Virus record (IMG/VR): IMGVR_UViG_3300018080_000110
Location: 1 to 32,000 of that record
From: a virus
Direction: 5' to 3' (one strand)
Length of the DNA: 32,000 nucleotides
Within the stretch, counting starts at the first letter, position 1. Each line of letters opens with the position of its first letter. The notes under the pieces were generated by a model. The model made no database searches and was not told the origin of the DNA. It saw only the letters and a program-made list of their open reading frames with translations. Of this stretch, positions 1 to 7,750 are shown piece after piece. Position numbers and translations under genes: made by a program.

Positions 1-260
1 GCCACAAACTTGATAAACAAGACCCTAGATCCAAGCTCGACCTGGATGGGCAAACGTTTTGTCTTCTTGCGGTTCCACTCCCCCGGACCTTTCTTGACCA
101 CCCTGCCGATACGGAAGACGTGATCTGCTTTTGCGCTATCTGGCTTCACGATAGACGGCGCTGCAGAAAAACTATCTGCGTCTTGTTCAAGGTAGACCAA
201 CATCTGTCCATTCATCGGGCGGACTGGAGGGATCTTGGTCCCTTTAGGCAGACCTTTCAT
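1..260 (-). CDS. GroES-like co-chaperonin (3' end runs off the window)
   Basis: ATG at 260-258 is preceded by AGGAAGGAGGAAGC. My translation is MKGLPKGTKIPPVRPMNGQMLVYLEQDADSFSAAPSIVKPDSAKADHVFRIGRVVKKGPGEWNRKKTKRLPIQVELGSRVLFIKF. It follows the GroES/gp31 pattern (RPxxxxxLV, IVxPxSA, G.VVxxGPG, V.xGxxVLF). There is no stop before nt 1, so it is absent from the ORF track. Confidence 0.55.
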   Translation of the reverse strand, partial: MKGLPKGTKIPPVRPMNGQMLVYLEQDADSFSAAPSIVKPDSAKADHVFRIGRVVKKGPGEWNRKKTKRLPIQVELGSRVLFIKFV

Positions 261-272
261 GCTTCCTCCTTC

Positions 273-566
273 CTAAGCGTCAGAACCGGTAGGAAGGACA
301 GAGAGATCGTCGCTCGGGACTTCCACAGACTCACCAGGTGTCTGCCGCTCTACGGAGTCACGGATCTGCTTCAAGAGCCACCCAGCAGGCTGCTTGATCT
401 TGCTGTCAACACCCTCTGGGTGAAGGAAGTGGATGTTGTCGCCGATCAACGCCACCAGACGGGTGTCGCCGTACTGCTGACCATCTACGAACGTGGCAGC
501 AAACACCTGCACCGGCTGCAGCTTTACAAGGGTCTTGGGCGGGTACTTAGTCATTCTCTGTCGCAT
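273..566 (-). CDS. hypothetical protein (97 aa)
   Basis: ORF track. SD AAGGAG lies 6 nt before the ATG at 566. Same strand and packing as neighbours. Confidence 0.6.
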   Translation of the reverse strand: MRQRMTKYPPKTLVKLQPVQVFAATFVDGQQYGDTRLVALIGDNIHFLHPEGVDSKIKQPAGWLLKQIRDSVERQTPGESVEVPSDDLSVLPTGSDA

Positions 567-786
567 TTTCTTCTCCTTGAAACTTCAACCCGAGGGTCGA
601 CTCTTGATTATGAGGAACGAACCGCCTCGATTGCGGAATGCCCAACAAAAAACGCAAGGGGGAAGGCTCCGCAAGACGACTACGAATGTAGTCAGATCCA
701 TACTCCGCGATCTTCTCCTCGATACTCCCTTTATCCAGTTCACCGCTAAACAGATCTTTCAAGATCTGTTCTTTTAAAGAACCCAT
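547..786 (-). CDS. hypothetical protein (79 aa)
   Basis: Internal start of the 547..984 ORF at MGSLKEQ, preceded by GAGGAAGGTG. The upstream part of the long ORF is low-complexity and overlaps gene 789-1136. Confidence 0.55.
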   Translation of the reverse strand: MGSLKEQILKDLFSGELDKGSIEEKIAEYGSDYIRSRLAEPSPLRFLLGIPQSRRFVPHNQESTLGLKFQGEENATEND

Positions 787-788
787 AA

Positions 789-1136
789 TCACACCTTCCT
801 CGTGCGGTGCATCGGAGAAAAAAAGATCCTGGCCTTCTCCTGGCTCTCGTAGATCAAATTCACCTGCCCCGGATCTATATCCATAGCTACGGGAGGACGG
901 GAACTGTTCGGGGCCTTCTGGAACATCCTGACGCAGAATTCGGTCCCGCTCTCCGCCAGTAGACGGACCAGATGGTGCAGCCACACCGCCACTTCTTCCA
1001 AGTCTTTGCCAGAAAACTCAAAATTGAGATTCTGCGAAGGAACAGACCCTGGCTCGCTACGAAGAACTAATTCCCCGTTGTAGACCGTCTCTTGCGGAAT
1101 ACGTTGACAATACAGCTCTACGATCACTCTACTCAT
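789..1136 (-). CDS. hypothetical protein (115 aa)
   Basis: Internal start MSRVIVELY of the 789..1277 ORF. The upstream part overlaps gene 1129-1359. Only a weak G-rich SD. Confidence 0.5.
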   Translation of the reverse strand: MSRVIVELYCQRIPQETVYNGELVLRSEPGSVPSQNLNFEFSGKDLEEVAVWLHHLVRLLAESGTEFCVRMFQKAPNSSRPPVAMDIDPGQVNLIYESQEKARIFFSPMHRTRKV

Positions 1137-1359
1137 CGTTGTAAACCCCCAGTGGTAGCCCGTGCAGATCTTCGAAAGGGCACTCCTTGGGACGGGGCAC
1201 AAACGCTTCGTCCCAGTTCCCTTCGATTTCCAAATAGATGCAAAACACAGTATTGGTTCCGACTTCCACCCGGCCATTTATCTTGCACCGAGGTACGGGA
1301 CTAGGATAGAAAAAAGGGCAGCCGTCGCTGCAGTTCTTCCCCGTCCAGATGATCATCAT
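1129..1359 (-). CDS. hypothetical Cys-rich protein (76 aa)
   Basis: Internal start MMIIWTGKNCSDGC of the 1129..1764 ORF, preceded by GGAAGGAGAAG. The N-terminal 135 aa of the long ORF are R/S/G-rich shadow sequence. Confidence 0.55.
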   Translation of the reverse strand: MMIIWTGKNCSDGCPFFYPSPVPRCKINGRVEVGTNTVFCIYLEIEGNWDEAFVPRPKECPFEDLHGLPLGVYNDE

Positions 1360-1577
1360 TTGCCCCACTTCTCCTTCCAGAGCCCGGCGGCCTTCAGCTC
1401 GCGCTCGACCCGGCCCTTCCACCGGAGAGCGTTGTGGTTGAAGCCGATGTGCTCGTAGCAGTCGTCGGTCATCTCTGCGATCAAGGCCAGAAGACGCCCG
1501 TTGACCTTGTCGGCCGCCTCGAGCTCCTTCTTGAGCTTTTCGATCTCTTCGTTCAACTCGTCCTCTAGTCCGAACAT
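1356..1577 (-). CDS. hypothetical coiled-coil protein (73 aa)
   Basis: Start MFGLEDELNEEIEKLKK. Its ATG overlaps the TGA of gene 1577-2470 (TGATG). Confidence 0.55.
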   Translation of the reverse strand: MFGLEDELNEEIEKLKKELEAADKVNGRLLALIAEMTDDCYEHIGFNHNALRWKGRVERELKAAGLWKEKWGK

Positions 1578-2470
1578 CAGCAGAACTGCTCCACCACATC
1601 GCTCCACTGATCAGAGACGTCCTGGAGCTGTTGTCGTTCCTGTTGCTCGCGCTCGTAGAGCTCTCCCCAGAGGTCCGGGTCGCGCAGCTCGAGCACGTTG
1701 GTCTGGACCAGGTCCCGCAGAACGGCGGGGTCCAGGGCGTCGAGCTCCCAGCTCTGGTCCCCATAGAGCTCCCTGTAGCCCTGGAAGCGACTGTCGCTCT
1801 CCTTGGCGAAGTTGGGAGGCGGGTCGTACTGCTCCACCTGGTCCATGTTGAGGGCGATCCTCCTGACCTCCACGTCAGCGCCGAACACGTCGAAGCGATC
1901 GCTGTTGTCGCGCGTCATGTCCAGCCCCGATGGGTCGTGGTCGCCGAAGTGCAGCACGAAGGGCTTCTGCCCCGCACGCTGGTAGTTGATCATGCGGACA
2001 CCTGCCCGCCACATCTCGCTCTGGCTCACGTTGCCCCGGCAGGCGAAGTAGTCGACGTCGAGCTCACGGCAGATGCCCTCGAAGACGCCGACCAAGGCCT
2101 CCTTCTCCACCCAGACCTCGACTCGGTTGGGCTGGTTGGCCCACTTGTCGATCTGGTAGGTCCTCACCAGGCCCTCGATGGCTGCCTCGGGCGATTCCTC
2201 GTGGTAGTTGCCCTCCAGGCTACGTGTGCGGTCTTCGATGGCGTCCCAGTCGATCAGACCGGCCAGGCGGCCCTTGTTGATGACAGCGCCGAGGCGCTTG
2301 TAGCTCTTCTGGTTGTTCTCGATGATGTCCCGTGCGACGAACTGGTAGTAGAGCTGCCGGAGCGTCAGATCAAGCCCTTGCGCCAGGTACTCCTGGACGA
2401 TCTCATTCGCCTGCTCGATCAGCTCGAGGCTGGCGGGCCTGAAATTGTGCTCTCGGTAGCAGATCTTCAT
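1577..2470 (-). CDS. type IIB topoisomerase A-subunit-like protein (Spo11/TopoVI-A 5Y-CAP + Toprim; 'Mini-A'-type)
   Basis: Motifs in the expected order are LRQLYYQFVARD (active-site Tyr context), VWVEKEALVGVF (Toprim Glu) and HFGDHDPSGLDM (Toprim DxD). SD AGGAGAGCAGGT precedes the ATG. Confidence 0.65.
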   Translation of the reverse strand: MKICYREHNFRPASLELIEQANEIVQEYLAQGLDLTLRQLYYQFVARDIIENNQKSYKRLGAVINKGRLAGLIDWDAIEDRTRSLEGNYHEESPEAAIEGLVRTYQIDKWANQPNRVEVWVEKEALVGVFEGICRELDVDYFACRGNVSQSEMWRAGVRMINYQRAGQKPFVLHFGDHDPSGLDMTRDNSDRFDVFGADVEVRRIALNMDQVEQYDPPPNFAKESDSRFQGYRELYGDQSWELDALDPAVLRDLVQTNVLELRDPDLWGELYEREQQERQQLQDVSDQWSDVVEQFC

Positions 2471-3057
2471 ACCTGCTCTCCTGGGTCTTCCTCGTCGTCG
2501 ATCATCGTGGTGTCCGGAGCTGCCGGGAGGATCGGGTTGCCCTTCTCGTCAACCCTGGCAATGCCCATGCTGGGGACGCCGCTGCGGTCTGCCGGGTTGC
2601 GTCTGAGCCCCAGCTTGCTCTTGGAGGTCTGCTGGGTCTTCTGGAAGATGCGCTGCTGGACCTGTGGCTCCAGCATGCTCCCATCGACCAGCCCCATCGG
2701 TTCCTCTTCGGGTGCCTCGGAGACCTCCCCACCGAAGATGTCCGCGCCGTCCGGGAAGTCCTCTGAGCCCTCTGGAGGCTCAAAACGCTCCTCCACACGA
2801 CCAGAGAGCTCGGCCTGCGTGGCAACAGCCGGCTGCTGGCGGAACATCTCGGTCTCCGGAGTGAAAGCCTTGGTCTCGGTGCCGTACTGCTCGCTGCTGT
2901 GGCCGTTCATGGCCATCTTGATGAGAGCCTGGGCGGCCTCGTTGGTCGTGGGCACGGAGAGGATGGACCCGTCCGGTGCCTGGACCTGTAGGATGTCCTC
3001 CATCTCCCTAGTTTCCAGATTGAAGGTCTGGCCGACCCCTACGATCGTAAACCTCAT
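2467..3057 (-). CDS. hypothetical acidic protein (196 aa)
   Basis: ORF track. SD GGAGGAAAAG. ATGA overlaps at both ends. D/E/P-rich central region. Confidence 0.65.
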   Translation of the reverse strand: MRFTIVGVGQTFNLETREMEDILQVQAPDGSILSVPTTNEAAQALIKMAMNGHSSEQYGTETKAFTPETEMFRQQPAVATQAELSGRVEERFEPPEGSEDFPDGADIFGGEVSEAPEEEPMGLVDGSMLEPQVQQRIFQKTQQTSKSKLGLRRNPADRSGVPSMGIARVDEKGNPILPAAPDTTMIDDEEDPGEQV

Positions 3058-3359
3058 GACTTTTCCTCCATCTCCACAGAGTCCTCAACGCGCACATCAT
3101 CGCTCAAGTCGAGGCGCACGTAGGTGACGGGCATCTCGATGTGTAGGATCATCTCGCCGTTCAGCATGTCGTTCTCGACCAGGGCGACGCACACTGGCTT
3201 CTCGTAGGAGAGCTCCACGCCGCAAATGCAGTGCGTGGGCACCTTATACTCGCCGCTCCTGTACTTCTCGTACGACTCCCTGTCGTAGACACAGATCGGA
3301 GAGTCGATGTGATGCGGCCACATGCAGCCACCCTCAGGGGTCTGGAACTTCATGAACAC
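3054..3359 (-). CDS. hypothetical protein (101 aa)
   Basis: ORF track. SD GGGAGGAG. ATGA coupling to the downstream gene. Confidence 0.65.
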   Translation of the reverse strand: MFMKFQTPEGGCMWPHHIDSPICVYDRESYEKYRSGEYKVPTHCICGVELSYEKPVCVALVENDMLNGEMILHIEMPVTYVRLDLSDDVRVEDSVEMEEKS

Positions 3360-3365
3360 TCCTCC

Positions 3366-3689
3366 CTACTTGATCTCCGGTGGACCAGGGTCTGACTCTC
3401 GGATCTGTCTAGCGTAAGCTGCAGCTTGAGATTGTTTTTCGATCCTTTTCACTGCGGCCCCAGCTTCGCTCTCATAGAAGTCGTTCTGCCTCTTGAGCTC
3501 AACAGCGATATTGGCGAAACTCTTTGCTTGCGCCCGCTGAATGTTCAAAAGCAAACAAGGCTTCCACAAGGGATCTGTTTCGCAACGCTCGTCGTAAGCC
3601 GTACAATCTAGACCACACGGCCTGCCGGGCTCTCGCCAGCAATATTGATCTTGCTCTTCTCCAACAAAAGGGTTTTGATCGTCGTTCAT
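3366..3689 (-). CDS. hypothetical Cys-rich protein (107 aa)
   Basis: Second ATG (MNDDQNPF) of the 3366..3722 ORF, preceded by GGGAGGG. Confidence 0.55.
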   Translation of the reverse strand: MNDDQNPFVGEEQDQYCWREPGRPCGLDCTAYDERCETDPLWKPCLLLNIQRAQAKSFANIAVELKRQNDFYESEAGAAVKRIEKQSQAAAYARQIRESDPGPPEIK

Positions 3690-3725
3690 AGCTTCTGGCC
3701 CTCCCGGAGCATGTCGAAGCACTTC

Positions 3726-4064
3726 TTATTGATCTGAGACGAGGTCACCCAGCACTCCCGCTCGTCCTCGGCCTCCTTCAGCGGCCAGACCGAGCCGTGG
3801 CTCTCCACGTGCGGGATGCTGAAATAACAGCTCTGCAGCATCACCGTGCCTAAGCACCATGATGCCCATAACCAAGACCTTCTGGCCTTGGTGGAGCTCG
3901 GTCATGTTGTCGAGGCTGCGAATCAACTCGATCTTGTCCTCGTCGTTATCCAGGGCGGCCAATCTCTGCTCGAACTCCTCGGTGACGATCTTGACTTCCC
4001 ACCCGTCCCTGATCAAGCAAGTCCAGCCGAGCTTCTTGGACTTCGACTCCACCGTCTCGCTCAT
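3726..4064 (-). CDS. hypothetical protein (112 aa)
   Basis: Internal start MSETVESKSKK, preceded by AAAGGGG. Confidence 0.55.
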   Translation of the reverse strand: MSETVESKSKKLGWTCLIRDGWEVKIVTEEFEQRLAALDNDEDKIELIRSLDNMTELHQGQKVLVMGIMVLRHGDAAELLFQHPARGEPRLGLAAEGGRGRAGVLGDLVSDQ

Positions 4065-4078
4065 CCTGATTACCCCTT

Positions 4079-4342
4079 TCACGCACTTCTCTGCGGGAGC
4101 TTGGCCCGGCCCGGGTTCTCCCACGCTTCCAGTTCATCTCTTAGGCGCTCGATCTCTTTTTCTTGCTCCGAGATCTTCTCTAGTGCGTATTTGAGCTCTC
4201 TATCGGTCTCCTCCTCCAAACGCAGAACCCAGTAAGCTCCTTTCCGCACCCAGCCTCCAGAGAGAACGCGACCATTCTGAATGGCCTCTACGAAGCAGTC
4301 TTCGGCTTCAACCAGGGGTCTATCAAATACGATGTCGATCAC
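4079..4342 (-). CDS. hypothetical protein (87 aa)
   Basis: GTG start (VIDIVFDRP), preceded by AGGAGCGAGGC. It overlaps the upstream stop as GTGA. The upstream part of the 4079..4486 ORF is R/G-rich shadow. Confidence 0.55.
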   Translation of the reverse strand: MIDIVFDRPLVEAEDCFVEAIQNGRVLSGGWVRKGAYWVLRLEEETDRELKYALEKISEQEKEIERLRDELEAWENPGRAKLPQRSA

Positions 4343-4602
4343 GCCTCGCTCCTGTTGTGCTCCCGCATCTCTTCGATGGAGTAAAACCCACGAGTCCACA
4401 AGACACCCTGGATGAACCCGAGCCACCTGTTGGCCTTGTCTAGATCTCCTTCGTCCGCAAAGATCTTCACCTGGAGGCACATCCAAGCTGCGTGACCTAG
4501 CTCAGATAGATTCCCTTTCAAGTTGTGAAGTGGCTTGAACCCATCCTCCTCCAAAGCCAAAAAGTACATGTTTGCCACATCCTTTATCTGATCGTTGGTC
4601 AC
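4339..4602 (-). CDS. hypothetical protein (87 aa)
   Basis: ORF track. GTG start overlaps the upstream stop (GTGA). Confidence 0.6.
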   Translation of the reverse strand: MTNDQIKDVANMYFLALEEDGFKPLHNLKGNLSELGHAAWMCLQVKIFADEGDLDKANRWLGFIQGVLWTRGFYSIEEMREHNRSEA

Positions 4603-5048
4603 TCGTTGCCCCCAGGAACTCTTTCAAGGCTTACTCGGACAGGGACGTTCTCTAGTTTGCTGAAGACCTTGTGCTTCGCGGAGTCGTCCCAAGAACTGAC
4701 GCAGATTTGGATCTCCGTTCCTTCTTTCGGGTAACAGAGACCCATCTCACCAGTCTTGTACCGGCCGTTTCTCTCGGAGTTGATCACTAACCTGCACTCG
4801 TTTTCCCAAACAAGCGTAGATCCAAACAGTCCTGAAATGCAGCCAGTCAGCCAAGTATCGAAACCTTTCATTGCTGCATCCACAGATTTGGCGCCTCTTA
4901 CAGGAAATAGGGCCCCTCCCCCTACTGCGGGCACTAGAGAAAGACTAGCGTCCCATCCTTTGGCGTTTTTCGTGATGACCACGTGCATTGTCCCGTCAAA
5001 CAAAACAGCATTTGCTCCAGACGGGTGCTTCTGCCACGGTATCCTCAT
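4599..5048 (-). CDS. hypothetical protein (149 aa)
   Basis: ORF track. Strong SD GAGGAGGAGG. The GCGGTATAAG motif lies 32 nt upstream. Confidence 0.65.
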   Translation of the reverse strand: MRIPWQKHPSGANAVLFDGTMHVVITKNAKGWDASLSLVPAVGGGALFPVRGAKSVDAAMKGFDTWLTGCISGLFGSTLVWENECRLVINSERNGRYKTGEMGLCYPKEGTEIQICVSSWDDSAKHKVFSKLENVPVRVSLERVPGGNE

Positions 5049-5079
5049 TGAGCTAACCTCCTCCTCAAATTCGAGAAGG

Positions 5080-5089
5080 CTTATACCGC
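5080..5089 (-). promoter_or_regulatory. CGGTATAAG promoter-like motif (reads GCGGTATAAG on minus strand)
   Basis: Member of the recurrent motif family. It overlaps the stop codon of gene 5081-5542 and points at gene 4599-5048. Confidence 0.4.
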
Positions 5090-5542
5090 ATCTTCTTCCG
5101 TTTTGATGAGATCTAAAGCACTACGTAGTCGGACACGCATGCTGTCCGACAAGAGGGACAAACCAGCTCCGTCCTCGGCCAAGAGATCTTTGAGTAGATC
5201 TATGACGTGTTCTGGAGATACGCTCAGGCCCCCCAAACTTTCCGAAGCACCGAATTCGATCCCCGCCTCGAATCCTTTGTCGAAAGCTCCCTTGGCTATA
5301 TCGAGCTTGTCCTTCCCGAATCGTTCGGAGATGTCTCTTTCTATTTCGACTTTTTCCCCTTTGAGTTGATCTAGCAACTCTTCGAGCTGCCTGGTGTCTT
5401 CTCTTAGTCGATCACAAGCAGCGTAGTAGATGTCCGCGTTGACCCCTCCTAGATCCAAGCCACAATGCGTACATCTCCCTATTTGTAGATCCATCGCTTC
5501 CCGGCCGCAGATCGGACACAGATGGTATGTGTCTCCTGTCAT
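5081..5542 (-). CDS. zinc-ribbon protein (153 aa)
   Basis: N-terminal CPICG...CTHCG. ATGA overlap with the upstream gene. Confidence 0.6.
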   Translation of the reverse strand: MTGDTYHLCPICGREAMDLQIGRCTHCGLDLGGVNADIYYAACDRLREDTRQLEELLDQLKGEKVEIERDISERFGKDKLDIAKGAFDKGFEAGIEFGASESLGGLSVSPEHVIDLLKDLLAEDGAGLSLLSDSMRVRLRSALDLIKTEEDAV

Positions 5543-5940
5543 GACAAGACCTTCCCCTTCTGCGCCTCACTTGCGATAGACTCGGCTTCTTCCAAAGTGG
5601 CTCGGTGTGCGCCCTTGCACGCAGCTCTCATCATGCGAGCCAGGTTCCTGTGATCTCTCATGCCAACCAACCCCGCTTGGAGGATGCAGGTGCCGATGAT
5701 CTTAGAAGCGTTGGCGTAAAGCAGTTTCATGTATTGCTCAGACATCTGACGAGCTATATCCAAAGCTCGATCTTCGTCGATCTCTAGAGTGTTGGGGTTG
5801 GAAGGGATCGGAACTGTGATCAATTGATCTTCCTTACCCTCCCAACCACAATCATCGCATTTTCTTGTTTCTGGGCTGTCCTGGGACGGCGATACTTTGC
5901 CGCTCCCGCATGCCGGACATATCGTCGTCATCTCGCTCAT
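5539..5940 (-). CDS. zinc-ribbon protein (133 aa)
   Basis: CPACG...CDDCG. SD AAGAGGA lies 9 nt upstream of the ATG. Confidence 0.6.
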   Translation of the reverse strand: MSEMTTICPACGSGKVSPSQDSPETRKCDDCGWEGKEDQLITVPIPSNPNTLEIDEDRALDIARQMSEQYMKLLYANASKIIGTCILQAGLVGMRDHRNLARMMRAACKGAHRATLEEAESIASEAQKGKVLS

Positions 5941-6304
5941 AATGTTTGATCCTCTTACTGTGCAGCTTGCTCTTCACGAGGGGCATGAGCGGTTTGACGC
6001 GGAATCCGCCCTTTTGGACTTCCTTCATCAGCATGGCCAATGCAGCCTTGTCCCCCATGTCCCGCTTTCCCTTGATGTGTGGGAAGAAAGCCTCGCTGAA
6101 GTCCTTCCATGCGTCCTGTACTGCTTTTCCGTCATCGTCTGTCTCGACAGCCGCCTGCACCAAAGCTCGAGTTGCGTAGTACTCGATCTCTTGGCGCATC
6201 TGCCAGACTAAGATCAAGACTGACTCCAATGGGCTGCCGGGCGGTGGCGGCTCCGCCCGGAGATCGTAGACCATATTGGCCCGCGCCCAGCCGAATGGAG
6301 TCAT
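5852..6304 (-). CDS. hypothetical protein (150 aa)
   Basis: ORF track. TGATG coupling to the upstream gene. Its 3' end overlaps gene 5539-5940 by 89 nt in another frame. Confidence 0.55.
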   Translation of the reverse strand: MTPFGWARANMVYDLRAEPPPPGSPLESVLILVWQMRQEIEYYATRALVQAAVETDDDGKAVQDAWKDFSEAFFPHIKGKRDMGDKAALAMLMKEVQKGGFRVKPLMPLVKSKLHSKRIKHYERDDDDMSGMRERQSIAVPGQPRNKKMR

Positions 6305-7425
6305 CAGCCATTTTTTAATTCATCCAGATCAATGAATAGCTTACGAGCCCTACGATCGAACCATGTGAAGTTGATCGAGAGAGAAGCCAACATTGGAAGG
6401 GGCATCGAGTTGATCTGTTTGAACTTGATCTCAAACAAGTTCTTGTCGAACCGGCGCTTGTCGTTGAGATGATCTGGGAGCTCCTTGCCGTTGATGCTGT
6501 AGACACCAGCAGCTAGCTGCATCATGTTCAGCTTGTCGAAAAGGTAGATGTCCGGAGCGTTACGCTCCTTGTACAACTCTCTCTTGATGGCGAGGTCTTC
6601 CTGACCAGAGAGAGTGCGGAACACAACAATCAGCTTGTCCCTGACGATGGGCACCTGTTGCCGTAGCTCACCCTCCTCAATCAACTGATCGATCGACATC
6701 GCATGGAGGCGGCCCTCGATAGACTCACGGAGCTCTTCCGTATCCAGGTCTTGCCTGCGCCGACGGATCTCATCCATGAAATCGTCATCCAGACCCAGAT
6801 CGTCCGCCACTCTCTCATCAGAAGACTTCTCGACGATCTCCTGGGCTCCTTCTGCCGCTTGTTTCTCTTGGGCCTCTTGAGCCTCTGAATTGAACTTATG
6901 AAGCGCCTCCAGGCCCTCCACCGTCTCCTGGCTAAGCTGCGTCTTCCCTGCCTGCTGAGCCCCCTTCTTGATGCCTGGCTGGTTGGCGGCATACATAGAC
7001 CCAACTCCAGGACGGAAATTGGGATCTTGTGCTGCGTCAGGAGGAAGCGTCCCTCCAAACGGGCCTTTCTTCTGGGTCATGAGTTCTCCTTGAGTCTGTC
7101 TTGCGTTGCGGAGCTTATTTGGGTCCATCTGGGAGCCTTGTTCACGCTCCACTTTAGCTGCCACATCTGACAGTGTAGGATCGTAGTAAGGACTGAGTGG
7201 ATTCCTCGGGTCTTGTAAAATCTCCGCTTGCTGCGCCATCGTCAGAGCTTCTCCTGTGACAGGGTCTCCGACAGGGTCTGCGTTCAGTGGTGGGATCTTA
7301 ACGGGGGGAGCTCCACCCACAGGCTTACCCCTGCTCTTGATCTCCTCCATTTTCTTCTGATAGGCGGAGAGTTCTTTCTCGGTCCCGAGCTTATTGAACT
7401 GTGCTGGTTTCACGTTGTCCGCCAT
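6304..7425 (-). CDS. hypothetical protein (373 aa)
   Basis: ORF track. I prefer the ATG at 7425 (AGGAGG 6 nt upstream, TGATG overlap with the upstream stop) over the GTG at 7428. Confidence 0.65.
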   Translation of the reverse strand: MADNVKPAQFNKLGTEKELSAYQKKMEEIKSRGKPVGGAPPVKIPPLNADPVGDPVTGEALTMAQQAEILQDPRNPLSPYYDPTLSDVAAKVEREQGSQMDPNKLRNARQTQGELMTQKKGPFGGTLPPDAAQDPNFRPGVGSMYAANQPGIKKGAQQAGKTQLSQETVEGLEALHKFNSEAQEAQEKQAAEGAQEIVEKSSDERVADDLGLDDDFMDEIRRRRQDLDTEELRESIEGRLHAMSIDQLIEEGELRQQVPIVRDKLIVVFRTLSGQEDLAIKRELYKERNAPDIYLFDKLNMMQLAAGVYSINGKELPDHLNDKRRFDKNLFEIKFKQINSMPLPMLASLSINFTWFDRRARKLFIDLDELKNG

Positions 7426-7706
7426 CACACCCTCCTAATCCTCTTGAGTGGAGGAACATGCCTTGGGTCTCGTCGGAAGTCTCCTTCACAGAAGAACGCC
7501 CTCAACATGCCGTAAACCTTCTTGCGGAAACTGTCCTTACGGTTGTGTGGGAGCAGACCCCTGCCGATCAAGAACTTGTGGAGCTCGTCCACGCGGTACT
7601 TGAGACCGCGTGTCTCCCAAACTTCCAGGAGCTGCTCTTCAGTGAGGAACTGCTTCTTGGGGAGAACGATCGATTCTGGGGATTCTCCTCGAGTAAGATC
7701 AGCCAT
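7425..7706 (-). CDS. hypothetical protein (93 aa), apparently leaderless
   Basis: Internal ATG (MADLTRGE) of the 7425..7742 ORF. No SD. The ATG lies 7 nt downstream of a -10-like hexamer. Confidence 0.5.
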   Translation of the reverse strand: MADLTRGESPESIVLPKKQFLTEEQLLEVWETRGLKYRVDELHKFLIGRGLLPHNRKDSFRKKVYGMLRAFFCEGDFRRDPRHVPPLKRIRRV

Positions 7707-7742
7707 GAACAGATAAGTACATACGGTGTATGTACTTGTCAA
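7707..7742 (-). promoter_or_regulatory. sigma70-like promoter with palindromic operator
   Basis: The minus strand reads TTGACA-N17-TACTTA-N7-ATG. The spacer holds a perfect inverted repeat AGTACATAC-acc-GTATGTACT (7716-7736). Confidence 0.5.
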
Positions 7743-7750
7743 GGCTTTTC

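Noticed and set aside
1631-3127. A 498-aa plus-strand ORF, the longest in the track.
   Set aside because: It lies antisense to three well-supported, SD-preceded, coupled minus-strand genes. Its composition is L/V/A/P/G-rich low complexity, typical of a shadow frame, and it has no SD. The same reasoning applies to 10863-11594, 18159-19205, 19196-19810 and 27085-27648.
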